This document shows positions 12,090 to 23,596 of a stretch of 30,546 bases of DNA, piece after piece. The stretch spans positions 17,735,153 to 17,765,698 of the forward strand of contig NC_057720.1 in the NCBI RefSeq assembly GCF_004010195.1, written 5' to 3'. The stretch's first letter is position 1. Each line of letters opens with the position of its first letter. A program made the translations under genes and the position numbers. Below the pieces are notes generated by a model, which worked only from the letters and a program-made list of their open reading frames with translations, had not been told where the DNA came from and did not search any database. This DNA comes from Chiloscyllium plagiosum. Its lineage: Eukaryota.

Positions 12090-12210
12090 NNNNNNNNNNN
12101 NNNNNNNNNNNNNNNNNNNNNNNNNNNNNNNNNNNNNNNNNNNNNNNNNNNNNNNNNNNNNNNNNNNNNNNNNNNNNNNNNNNNNNNNNNNNNNNNNNNN
12201 NNNNNNNNNN
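12090..12210. other. Assembly gap (N run)
   Basis: Run of N inside the CR1 RT region. Confidence 1.
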
Positions 12211-12685
12211 TCACTTTAGGAAAGGTGTGGAAGCTTTGGAGAGGGTGCAGAGGAGATTTACCAGGATGTTGCCTGGAATGGAGAATAGGTCGTACGAGGA
12301 TAGGTTGAGAGTGCTAGGCCTTTTCTCGTTGGAACGGCGAAGGATGAGGGGTGACTTGATAGAGGTTTATAAGATGATCAGGGGAATAGATAGAGTAGAC
12401 AGTCAGAGACTTTTTCCCTGGGTACAACAGAGTGTTACAAGGGGACATAAATTTAAGGTGAAGGGTGGAAGGTATGGGGGTATGTCAGGGGTAGGTTCTT
12501 TACCCAGAGAGTAGTGGGGGCATGGAATGCGCTACCTGTGGGAGTGGCAGAGTCAGCATCATTGGTGACCTTTAAGCGGCAATTGGATAGGTACATGGAT
12601 AGGTGCTTAAGCTAGGACAAATGTTCGGCACAACATCATGGGCCGAAGGGCCTGTTCTGTGCTGTATTGTTCTATGTTCTATGTT

Positions 12686-13250
12686 CATATAGGTATTGGG
12701 GCTACCAGAGCAGGTTAGGGGATAGGAATCCTTCAGTGAGTGACTCACATCTGACTCCACCTGTCCATCATCTATTGGGCACAAGTCAGGGGTATGATGG
12801 ATTACTCCCCACTTACCTGGGTGAGGTGCAGCTTTAACAACACTCAAGAAGCTTGACACCATTCAGTATCAACGCAACATGCTTGATTGGAAACCATACC
12901 CGCAAACATTCAATCCACCATAGATGCTCAGTAGCAGTAGTATCTATAAGATGCACTGCAGAAATTCAACAGGTTCCTAAGATAGAACCTTCCAAACCCA
13001 TGACCATTTCCATTAAGAAGAACAAGGGCAGCAGATAAATCACCTCCAAAACACTCAGTATCCAAACTTGCAAATATATCACCGATCCTTCAGTGTGGTC
13101 GGATCAAAATCCTGGAACTCCCTTCCTAGTGTATTGTGGGTATACTTTCACCAAATGGATTGCAGCACTTCAAGAAGGCAGATCATCATCACCTTGTCAA
13201 GGGACAGGTTCAGCTCGTGACACCCATGTCCCATGAGTGAATTTTAAAAA
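12686..13250 (+). mobile_element. Older CR1-group LINE, right part and 3' UTR (continuation of 8195-9168)
   Basis: Resumes with ..GCTACCAGAGCAGG.., contains ACACTCAAGAAGCTTGACACCATTCAG and ends in CCCATGAGTGAATTTTAAAAA; shares sequence with 17505-17975. Confidence 0.75.
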
Positions 13251-13254
13251 GCTG

Positions 13255-13850
13255 CATTTAGATGTTCTTGTGCACAAGTCACACAAGGTTAATGCATGAT
13301 CAACAAGGTTAATGGGATATTATCCACTATTGCAAGAGGAAGATAACATGAAAGTATGGATGTCATTTTTCAGTCATTTACAGGGTATTGGTGTGGCCAC
13401 ATCTTAAATGCTGTGCAGTCTTGGTCTCCATATAAAGGAAAGATACAAATACTTCAGAGACAGTTCAGGGAAGGTTTATTAGATTGATGCATGGAATGAG
13501 TGGGTTGACTTATGAGGAAAGGTTAGACAGGCTAGGCTTGTTTCCACTTGAATTTGGAAGAGCAAGGGGACTTGATTGAAGTGTATTAAATCTTTAGTGT
13601 CTTCACAACGTAGATCTTTCCTTGTTTGGATCAGTCCAGAAATGAGGGACATTGTTTTAAAATTAGGGGTCACAGTTAGGGGGACAGAGATAATGAGAGT
13701 ATTTTTCTCTCAGAGGGTTGAGAGACATTGGAACTCTGCCTCAGAAAAGATTTTTGAATATTTTTAGGGCCAAGATGGACAGATTCTTTTTAGGATAGAT
13801 GGGAATGTGCAATTTGAAATCTTATTAATTGGTGGAGCAGGTTCAAGGGT
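13255..13850 (+). mobile_element. Old CR1 3' fragment
   Basis: Decayed YRVLVWPHLKCC.., VQGRFIRL, YEERLDRLGL, FFSQRV..WNS motifs. Confidence 0.7.
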
Positions 13851-14370
13851 TCATTTGTCATAAGTGTGATTAAAAGGTTGTATGCTTCATTTTCAAATCA
13901 AAATCATTAGGTTGTGCATGAGAGTCACATTCAATGTTTTCTTGAATATATTGTTTGTTGTAGTATCAGTGTAGTTATGAGGAATCTTTACATTGGAGGC
14001 ATTGCTTTGTAGAGAAGTTAAACTGAGCAATATCATTAAAATACAAATTAACTGCACAGTTATCAATTGCTATCTCAAGGACCTCTCCATTAAGAAAGTG
14101 CTGTACTTCAATATATAATCCCAAAACAAAAATAGTCTATAATAGGTAATAGAAGAATTATGTGTCATAATTAAACATTTTGATATTCTGAATAGTTTGT
14201 TGCTTCTGAGTTATTGACACTGTGTGAGAATACTTGATTTAGAAGTGTAAAGCTTCAAAGTAAGATGTCTGTCCACATTGTTCACCCAGTTACTTTTTGA
14301 CAGATGCAAGATAAATTAATGGTATATTTATCAAGACAGATTAGACATGTTAAAAAAAGTACAGTAGAAC

Positions 14371-14496
14371 CTTGTTTTTCTCATCTTGTAGAATTTCCAA
14401 AAGTCTAGTTGCTTGCCCTTCTTCCAGGCATTGACAGGATGCTGACTGAAAAATGATGTGATCTTCTTCTTTAAATTCCTTTTCAGGTAGACCACG
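14371..14496 (-). CDS. GLMN: Glomulin coding exon (equivalent to human exon 3), 126 nt
   Basis: attttag|CGT GGT...AAC AAG|gttcta; encodes RGLPEKEFKEEDHIIFQSASCQCLEEGQATRLLEILQDEKNK versus recalled human QILEEQDFKEEDFGLFQLAGQRCIEEGHTDQLLEIIQNEKNK. Confidence 0.94.
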
Positions 14497-14624
14497 CTAA
14501 AATAAGCAAGATAACATTTTTAATCCACATAAAGTGCAAAGCAATTTCCAAAACTTTTAACTGGTATTACCTAAAATAAAAGGTCTGCAAACATAATAAT
14601 GGTCAACTACACTCCAACGATACA

Positions 14625-14920
14625 AAGGACTGTAAATGCAGTAACTTGGGTAATGTTCTGGCAGATGGTAGAATTTGTATTCAATTAAAATCTGGAATTA
14701 AGAATCTAATGATGACCATGAAATTATTGTTTATTGTTAGAAAAACTCTTCTGGTTCACTAATGTCCTTTAGGAAATAAAATTTCCATTCTTACTTGGTT
14801 TGAATTACATGTGACTTCAGACTTACAGCAATGTGGTTGACACTTAACTGGTCTCTGGGATGGGCAATAAATGCCGGCCTAGCCAGTGACACCCTCATCC
14901 CATGAATGAATTAAAAAAAA
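14625..14920 (+). mobile_element. SINE with conserved central domain (possibly Meta-SINE type) and LINE-derived tail
   Basis: Core TCTGGTTCACTAATGTCCTTTAGGAAA...ACATGTGACTTCAGAC...GCAATGTGGTTGACACTTAACTG; 3' end CCCATGAATGAATTAAAAAAAA is like the tail at about 13230-13250. Superfamily name is tentative. Confidence 0.65.
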
Positions 14921-14929
14921 GGAGCAGAA

Positions 14930-16262
14930 TAGAAATTCAGTCATGACTAATGTGTTTCTCAGCCCCATTCTCCTGCATTTTCCTTGTAACCTTTGATCCC
15001 CTGACCAATAAGGACTGATCAATGACTTGGCCTCCATAGCTTTCTGCGGCAATGGATTCCACAGATTAACCACCCTCTGTCTGAAGAAATTCCTCCTCAT
15101 CTCAATTAGAGTCATAGAGATGTACAGCATGGAAACAGACCCTTCAGTCCAACCAGTCCATGCCGACCAGATATCCCAACCCAATCTAGTCCCACCTGCC
15201 AGCACCCGACCCACATCCCTCCAAATCCTTCCTATTCATATACCCATCCAAGTGCCTCTTAAATGTTGCAATTGTACCAGCCTCCACCAAATCCTCTGGC
15301 AACTCATTCCATACACGTACCACCCTCTGCGTGAAAAAGTTGCCCCAAAGGTCTCTTTTATATCTTTCCCCTCTCACCCTAAACCTATGCCCTCTAGTTC
15401 TGGATTCCCGCACCCCAGGGAAAAGACTTTGCCTATTTATCCTATCCATGCCCCTCATAATTTTGTAAACTCTATAAGGTCACCCCTCAGCCTCCGACGC
15501 TCCAGGGAAAACAGCCCCAGCCTGTTCAGCCTATCCCTGTAGCTCAGATCCTCTAACCCTGGCAACAACCTTGTAAATCTTTTCTGAACTCTTTCAAGTT
15601 TCACAACATCTTGTATAAGTCCTGCTAAGATTTGCTTTCCCAAAATGCAGCACCTCGCATTTATCTGAATTAAACTCCATCTGCCACTTCTCAGCCCATT
15701 GGCCCATCTGGTCCAGATCCTGTTGTAATCTGAGGTAACCCTCTTCGCTGTCCACTACACCTCCAATTTTGGTGTCATCTGCAAACTTACTAACTGTACC
15801 TCTTATGTTCGCATCCAAATCATTTATGTAAATGACAAAAAGTAGAGGACCCAGCACCGATCCTTGTGGCACTCCACTGGTCACAGGCCTCCAGTCTGAA
15901 AAACAACCCTCCACTACCATCCTCTGTCCTATACCTTTCAGCCTGTTCTGTATCCAAATGGCTAGTTCTCCCTGTATTCCATGAGATTGTCCCTTCATTC
16001 GGTGACTGTGCCCTCAGGTCCTAAATTCTCCTACCGGAGGAAAGATCTTCTCCATATCCACTCTATCCAAGCCTCTCAGTTTTCATATGTTTTAATGACA
16101 GCTCCTCATCCTTCTAAACTCCAGTGGGTACAGACCCAGAGCCCTCAACCATTCCGCATATGACAGACCCTTCATCCTGGAATCATTCTTGTAAACATCC
16201 TCTGGACTCCCTCCAATGCTAGCACATCCCTCTTTAGAATATGGGCCCAAAAACTGCTCATA
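14930..16262 (-). mobile_element. Older CR1 3' fragment split by a younger CR1 (pieces 14930-15106 and 15988-16262)
   Basis: EMRRNFFRQRVVNLWNPLPQ in the left piece; the right piece carries the upstream LYPLEFRRM-type sequence. Confidence 0.7.
15107..15987 (-). mobile_element. Young CR1, 5'-truncated, with an internal deletion near 15612
   Basis: [36 protein letters not shown] is joined directly to QDVVKLERVQKRF; CTCTATGACTCTA tail. Confidence 0.92.
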
Positions 16263-16894
16263 TTATTCATTACTGGTCTACATTTATTCCTAGAAACTAG
16301 GTTTGAAGCCAGGAACAATAATATCAAAATAATTAGATTTCCTCCATACAGTTCTGTGTAGTCAATGACTATAATGGATCAGCTTCTATTACCCAAAGAA
16401 AAAGAATTCCTGTAATTCAGTTTCAAATGTCAGACCTTTTTCAAAAGTTACATTTGCAAATATTAACATTTCATAATAAGATCAAATAGTAATTTACAGG
16501 AAAAATTAAATAATATTTTTATCATTTGTCTAATTATCAAAGGGCTGGATTTTTTTGCAATCTGATTTTGAAACAACTGCTGTGCTGTAGAAAACAAAAG
16601 CAGACCTCCTAACTTGCTTCCTTTGGCATACACCCAATCCCATGGCCACTACATCTGCTTCCAGGATCGGCAAACTCAACTTCAACCCTCAGTTGCACCT
16701 CCAGAAGTGAAAATTCATGTTACTTTTTTTAAACCAATCTTATTCTGGCAAGGTGGGAAATTTCCTGATTCAAAATTTTGTCCCAAGTGTTTGCTAAGAT
16801 GAAATGTCTACATTAATTGCTGTATAAATAAAGTTCTTGTATCAAATATGAATCATAACATAATGAAAGGATCATAAAAAGTGCCACTACTTAC

Positions 16895-16933
16895 ACATCG
16901 CTCAATTACTCCTTCCAGTTTTTCTAAAGCCAT
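16895..16933 (-). CDS. GLMN: Glomulin first coding segment (exon 2), 39 nt; exon acceptor probably at 16962 or 16969
   Basis: ATG GCT TTA GAA AAA CTG GAA GGA GTA ATT GAG CGA TGT|gtaagt gives MALEKLEGVIERC versus recalled human MAVEELQSIIKRC; upstream polypyrimidine tract ttttttcttggtag/cttccag. Confidence 0.92.
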
Positions 16934-17504
16934 TTGTTGCTGCTTTTTATTAACACTTAGAACTGGAAGCTACCAAGAAAAACACAGGCATTAAGTTTGA
17001 AGAAGGCAAGCACACACAGAAACGACTCCACAATTGCTTTATCCCTGACCATTTTTTAGAAATATTGTAAGTATTACTCCTCCAATGACTCAATGATAGA
17101 TCAATAACACATTATGGAATGGAGCCACTGACTGGAAACGGCCCAGATTTCAAAATAATCCACATTATTTCATTTTAATGTTGACAATGGTTTGGGCACA
17201 AGTTGACCAACACCTGAACTAGTGGCTGTGTGAAAACTCAGGGTTCCCACTTCATATTGACATCAACTTTAATTTCATACCCCAGCAAAAGGGGTCCCTG
17301 ATTTAAAAATGCCTGACTTATGAATGCAATCCCATACAGGAGTATAATTTAAAGATCCAAAATATAAGCATTTTCTCATACTTGAGTGGCTATTTTATAT
17401 TACCTTACAATACGTTCCAATTTGTGTACAAACTAACATGCAGACTCAATAACAGAATATGTTTGCAACTCAAGAACTGCATGTATATCTATATTTAAAA
17501 AGGT

Positions 17505-17975
17505 TCAAGTAAGGAGTGTGTTGGAATACTCCCCACCTGCAGCCGAGTGTAGCTCAAGTAACACTCAAGAAGCTTGACACCATCCAGGATGAAGCAGCCC
17601 GTTTGAATGGCACAAACATTCACCCTGTCCACCATCAACATTCGTTAGCAGTAGTGTGCACTGTCAACAAGATACACCAAGAAATTCACCAAGGCTCCTT
17701 AGACTGATCTTCCAAACCCATTGCCATTATCATGTAGGACAAGGGAAGCTGATGTGTGGGAATGGTGCCTCTTGCAAATTCCTCTCAAAGTTACTCACCA
17801 TTCAGACTTGGAAATATGTCACCATTCCTTCGATGTCGCTCGGTCAAAATCCTGGAAGTCCCTCCCTAACAGTATTGTGGTTGCACCTACACTAAGTCGA
17901 CTGCAACAGTTCAAAAACTCAGCTCACCACCACCTTCTCAACTGGGGTTGGGGAATAAATGGTGCCCAGCCAATG
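17505..17975 (+). mobile_element. Older CR1-group LINE 3' fragment
   Basis: TLKKLDTIQDEAARL; SKSWKSLPNSIV..LQQFKNSAHHHLL; GGGAATAAAT tail; similar to 12780-13250. Confidence 0.75.
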
Positions 17976-18491
17976 GTGAAATTCCCCTTTCATTTTGTAC
18001 CATTGCTACGCCTGATCTTAATGGTGGGAGAATTAGACGATGGTAATGACACTTCTATTGACAAGCAGAGGGGTGTTAGATCCTCTTGTTGGAGAATCAA
18101 TACTCCACACTCATGTGGCATGCATGTCACTTGCCAAGTATGCACGTGGTACTAGAGGAGCACAGAGGTATATCTCGCTGTAACATTATCACAATTCACG
18201 AATGAATAACGACTACTTGGGTGAAATTTTAGAAGGCTTTGAGCATTTCCTGAAATTAACTCAATGTCTTTAGAAAAGCTGTGGCAGACATTGTTTTCTT
18301 TTTGATAATTTCTCAGCCAATCGTGCAACAAATTTTCTATTCTCTAAATAAAAAGGCTTGAGGATGGCTAGCAAGCAATACATTAGCATTCATATTGAGG
18401 GATGGATACTAAAAACCTGGGCTTTGTCTACAGGCAACATTCAGATTGTTAATCAGAAATCAAAACAAATACATGTTGAAATCACTTGTGT

Positions 18492-19647
18492 GTGGGAGCA
18501 CGAGGCGGCACGAGGAAGTTGAACAGTTCATCCACTTCACCAACACCTTCCACCCCGACCTCAAATTCACTCGGACAGTCTCAGATTCCTCGCTCCCCTT
18601 CCTCGACCTTTCTATTTCTATCTCAGGCGACCGAATCAACACGGACATCTACTACAAACCGACCGACTCCCACAGCTACCTGGACTACACCTCCTCCCAT
18701 CCTGCCCCCTGTAAAAACGCNNNNNNNNNNNNNNNNNNNNNNNNNNNNNNNNNNNNNNNNNNNNNNNNNNNNNNNNNNNNNNNNNNNNNNNNNNNNNNNN
18801 NNNNNNNNNNNNNNNNNNNNNNNNNNNNNNNNNNNNNNNNNNNNNNNNNNNNNNNNNNNNNNNNNNNNNNNNNNNNNNNNNNNNNNNNNNNNNNNNNNNN
18901 NNNNNNNNNNNNNNNNNNNNNNNNNNNNNNNNNNNNNNNNNNNNNNNNNNNNNNNNNNNNNNNNNNNNNNNNNNNNNNNNNNNNNNNNNNNNNNNNNNNN
19001 NNNNNNNNNNNNNNNNNNNNNNNNNNNNNNNNNNNNNNNNNNNNNNNNNNNNNNNNNNNNNNNNNNNNNNNNNNNNNNNNNNNNNNNNNNNNNNNNNNNN
19101 NNNNNNNNNNNNNNNNNNNNNNNNNNNNNNNNNNNNNNNNNNNNNNNNNNNNNNNNNNNNNNNNNNNNNNNNNNNNNNNNNNNNNNNNNNNNNNNNNNNN
19201 NNNNNNNNNNNNNNNNNNNNNNNNNNNNNNNNNNNNNNNNNNNNNNNNNNNNNNNNNNNNNNNNNNNNNNNNNNNNNNNNNNNNNNNNNNNNNNNNNNNN
19301 NNNNNNNNNNNNNNNNNNNNNNNNNNNNNNNNNNNNNNNNNNNNNNNNNNNNNNNNNNNNNNNNNNNNNNNNNNNNNNNNNNNNNNNNNNNNNNNNNNNN
19401 NNNNNNNNNNNNNNNNNNNNNNNNNNNNNNNNNTCACCCTCACCTTGTCCTCTTTCCACCTATCACATTTCCGACGACCCTACCTTTTATCTTAGCCTGC
19501 TGGACAAACTTTCCCCATTCCTGAAGAAGGGCTTATGCCCGAAACGTTGATTCTCCTGTTCCCTGGATGCTGCCTGACCTGCTGCGCTTTTCCAGCAACA
19601 CATTTCCAGCTCTGATCTCCAGCATCTGCAGACCTCACTTTCTCCTC
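18492..19647 (+). mobile_element. Penelope-like element (RT region, N gap, terminal repeat with hammerhead motif)
   Basis: HEEVEQFIHFTNTFHPDLKFT..LPFLDLSISISGDRINTDIYYKPTDSHSYLDYTSSHP; terminal repeat CTGAAGAAGGGCTTATGCCCGAAACGTT at 19521. Confidence 0.9.
18721..19433. other. Assembly gap (N run)
   Basis: Run of N. Confidence 1.
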
Positions 19648-20156
19648 AAAGCTTTGGAGGAAGGCAAGGATGGGAAGGAGAGCAAAAGAGAAGGATGAGA
19701 CTGGTAAGAAAGGAGGACCTTCTTATTGTTGGGGATCTGAAAAGAGTTCTTGTTTTCTGGTTAGGGCTTGTACTTCTTTTTTAACGCAGGGCCTACAATT
19801 GTGTATAGGAGTTTCAATTTTCTGCGTATCTGCTATATTATACAGGCATATTTTGAGGCACAGCAGGAGTGCTATTCTGTATTGTTCTTTTATGTACCTG
19901 TTTCACAGCTTACATTTAAGGGATTGGGCAAGAAAACTTCCTACCATAGTACTTCTTCATATTAATGAGCAAGACAACAAAAATCAAAGCTTTAGCCTGT
20001 AATATTTATTATTTACAGTGGAAAACTCTTTACATATTCAGCTTTGGTTCATTTGTCGCACAGACTGTACCTCCAAACAGTGCAATTCTGCCACAAGTAA
20101 TTTTCTCTGCCTGTCAATATGAAGACAATCTCCTGCCTTATCACAATTTTCTATTG

Positions 20157-20490
20157 AATCCCTAACGTGGAAGCAGACCACTCAGTCCATTGAGTCCACA
20201 CTGATCCTCTGAACAGTATCCCACCCAGATCCAGCAGCCTCTTCACTATCCTTGTAACCCTGCATTTCCCATAGCTAATCTAGCTAATCTACTTAATCTA
20301 CACATCCCTGTACACAATAGGCAATTTATCTTGGCCAATCCATATCTTTGGACTGTGGGAGGAAACCAGAGCACCCAGATGAAATCCACACAGACACAGG
20401 GAGAACATGCAAACTCCACACAGACAGTTGCCAGAGTGTGGAATTGAGGCTGTGAGGCAGCAGTGCGACCATTGAGCTATCGTGAGCCCC
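20157..20490 (-). mobile_element. HE1-like V-SINE (tRNA-derived)
   Basis: Reverse complement has a tRNA-like head, the V-domain TGTCTGTGTGGAGTTTGCATGTTCTCCCTGTG..GGTGCTCTGGTTTCCTCCCACAGTCCAAAGAT, and a CR1-like tail. Confidence 0.85.
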
Positions 20491-20755
20491 ACTGCATATG
20501 TCTAAGTTTTATATGGTACTCTTCATAAAGGAGAACTTTATTGTATGTTTATGAAGCTACCAGAATTTTCTTCTTTACTGCAACAGTACATCATTGATGA
20601 TATTTGATTCTGGCTCAATGATTTATATTGGGCTGTACAGTTGCTACAGTTTAGCATTTTTGCTTTTCATAATATAGAAATGAATTGAAAGATTTGCTAG
20701 CATCAGGCCATTCTGGATTCATTCCCCAGCTGACTGCAAATCAAATGTGGTCTAA

Positions 20756-21811
20756 GCGAGTTCTGAGAAGATTTGTAGCTGAGGTTGAGGTTCTAGATGT
20801 CATCACTAAACGAAACGAATTAGAGAAAACCTTCAAGACCATAAATAATATCCTTACTGGCATAAAGTTCACAGAAGACGAGTAAAACAACAACAAATTG
20901 CCATTCCTAGATGTCACAGTAGAGCAAACAGTCATTGGAGGACTTCAAACCAGCGTCTACAGGAATACACCACATATGGACCAAAGACTGAACTACAGAA
21001 GCAATCATGCCCACACCCACAAACGAGGCTGCATTAGAATATTATTACAATGAGCAACCATACATTGCAGCACAGAGGAACTACGAAGAGCAGAGGAAAA
21101 TCACCTATACAGTGTATTCAAAAAGAACAGGTACCCAATGAATACAGCCCACCAATTTCTCAGCAACAAACCCAAACAAGCAGACAAAACACGCCCAGAA
21201 ACATAGCCACTCTCCCCTACATCAAAGACATCTCGGAAATGACTGCCAGACTACTCAGACTCCATGGCATCATGGTAGTCCACAAATCCTCCAACACACT
21301 AAAACAGTTGCTAATGAACTTGAAAAACCTTATACAGGCAACAAGCAAAAATGAATGACATTTACAAAACACATTGCAAGAACTGTAACAAACGTAACAT
21401 TGGCCAAACAGGCAAAAAAACAAGCCACGGAGATACATGAATGTCAACTAACCACAAAAAGACATGGCCCACTCTCACTGGCATCCTTACATACAGATGA
21501 GGAAGGACACCACTTTGACTGGGACAACACATCCAATCCTAGTACAAGCAAAGCAGAAACACTCACGAGAATACCTAGAAGCATGGCATTCCAACCTGGA
21601 GCTCTGTCAACAAGCACATCGACTTGAACCCCATCGATCACTCCGTGAGAAAAATAACAGGAAATGACATCACAAACCCAAAGAAACCTAAACATATCAA
21701 GAGAATGTGGGTCATAACACTAGTGCTTCACCAGGAGCTCACTGATGTTACCTAGTAGAGTGACAAAATGTCTGAAAACGAAACTTGCAACTCAGTGAGA
21801 AAACTTACATC
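20756..21811 (+). mobile_element. Penelope-like element (second family) with target-site duplication
   Basis: GIKFTEDE*NNNKLPFLDVTV..TSVYR..LNYRSNH, ATLPYIKDISEMTARLL, decayed IYK..CKNC..IGQTG GIY-YIG; flanked by CAAATGTGGTCTAA at 20742-20755 and 21812-21825. Confidence 0.92.
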
Positions 21812-21872
21812 CAAATGTGGTCTAACTCTGATAAAGTTGATTCAAAATACATGTACCTACTTGTCATGTAAT

Positions 21873-23596
21873 GTCATAGAGTCATAGAGAGGTACAGCAT
21901 GGAAACAGACCCTTCGGTCCAACCCGTCCATGCCAACTAGATATCCCAATCCAATCTAGTCCCACCTGCCAGCACCCAGCCCATATCCCTCCAAACCCTT
22001 CCTATTCACATACCCATCCAAATGCCTCTTAAAATGTTGCAATTGTACCAACCTCCACCACATCCTCTGGCAACTCATTCCATACACTTACCACACTCTG
22101 CATGAAAAATTTGCTCAAAAGGTCTCTTTTATATCTTTCCCCTCTCACCCTAAACCTATGCCCTCTAGTTCCAGGGAAGACTTTGCCTATTTATCCTATC
22201 CATGCCCCTCATAATTTTGTAAACCTCCATAAGGTCACCCCTCAGCCTCAGATGCTCCAGGGAAAACAACCCCAGTCTGTTCAGCCTCTCCCTATAGCTC
22301 AGATCCTCCAACCCTGCCAACATCCTTGTAAATCTTTTCTGAACTCTTTCAAGTTTCACAACATCTTTCCGATAGGAAGGAGACCAGAACTGCACACAAT
22401 ATTCCAACAGTGGCCTAACCAATGTCCTATACAACNNNNNNNNNNNNNNNNNNNNNNNNNNNNNNNNNNNNNNNNNNNNNNNNNNNNNNNNNNNNNNNNN
22501 NNNNNNNNNNNNNNNNNNNNNNNNNNNNNNNNNNNNNNNNNNNNNNNNNNNNNNNNNNNNNNNNNNNNNNNNNNNNNNNNNNNNNNNNNNNNNNNNNNNN
22601 NNNNNNNNNNNNNNNNNNNNNNNNNNNNNNNNNNNNNNNNNNNNNNNNNNNNNNNNNNNNNNNNNNNNNNNNNNNNNNNNNNNNNNNNNNNNNNNNNNNN
22701 NNNNNNNNNNNNNNNNNNNNNNNNNNNNNNNNNNNNNNNNNNNNNNNNNNNNNNNNNNNNNNNNNNNNNNNNNNNNNNNNNNNNNNNNNNNNNNNNNNNN
22801 NNNNNNNNNNNNNNNNNNNNNNNNNNNNNNNNNNNNNNNNNNNNNNNNNNNNNNNNNNNNNNNNNNNNNNNNNNNNNNNNNNNNNNNNNNNNNNNNNNNN
22901 NNNNNNNNNNNNNNNNNNNNNNNNNNNNNNNNNNNNNNNNNNNNNNNNNNNNNNNNNNNNNNNNNNNNNNNNNNNNNNNNNNNNNNNNNNNNNNNNNNNN
23001 NNNNNNNNNNNNNNNNNNNNNNNNNNNNNNTCAGTCCATTGGCCCATCTGATCAAGATCCCGTTGTAATCAGAGGTATCCTTCTTCACTGTCCACTATAC
23101 CTCCAATTTTGGTGTCATCTGCAAACTTACTAACTGTACCTCTTATGCTCGCATCCAAATCATTTATGTAAATGACAAAAAGTAGAGGACCCAGCACTGA
23201 CCCTTTTGGCATTCCACTGGTCACAGGCCTCCAGTCTGTAAAACAACCCTCTGACTTCTACCTTTGTGCCAGTTCTGTATTCAAATGGCTAGTTCACCCA
23301 GTATTCCATGAGATGTAACCTTGCTAACCAGTCTCCCATGGGGAATCTTGTCGAACACCTTACTGTAAGTCCATATAGATCATGTCCACTGCTCTGTCCT
23401 CATCAATCCTCTTTGTTACTTCTTCAAAAAACTCAATCTAGTTTGGGAGACATGATCTCCCACGCACAAAGCCATGTTGACTATCTCTAATCCGTCCTTG
23501 CCTTTCCAAATACACGTACATCTTGTCTCTCAGGATTTCCTCCAACAACTTGCCCACCACCGACATCAGGCTCACTGGTCTATAGTTCCCTGGCTT
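21873..23596 (-). mobile_element. Young CR1, 5'-truncated (RT to 3' tail), contains an N gap
   Basis: KPGNYRPVSLMSVVGKLLE..SQHGFVRGRSCL..LYRTLVRPLLEYCVQFWSP..; repeated CTCTATGA tail. Confidence 0.92.
22436..23030. other. Assembly gap (N run)
   Basis: Run of N. Confidence 1.

Larger units (their letters stand above)
9169..12685 (+). mobile_element. Near-full-length CR1 LINE (ORF1 zinc finger/coiled coil/SGNH esterase-like; ORF2 APE plus RT; 3' tail), inactivated
   Basis: ORF1 has CSSC..CRKC, a leucine-rich coiled coil, ALVIGD, CCLPGA, VHIGTND. ORF2 has [54 protein letters not shown]. Ends in (TTCTATG)n; several frameshifts. Confidence 0.95.

Noticed and set aside
16541..16784. Possible MITE bounded by GGGCTGGATTTT and AAAATTTTGTCCC
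   Set aside because: Termini too degenerate and no convincing TSD
18446..19550. Long ORFs of 250-350 aa here and at 22102-23133
   Set aside because: Open only because they cross N gaps
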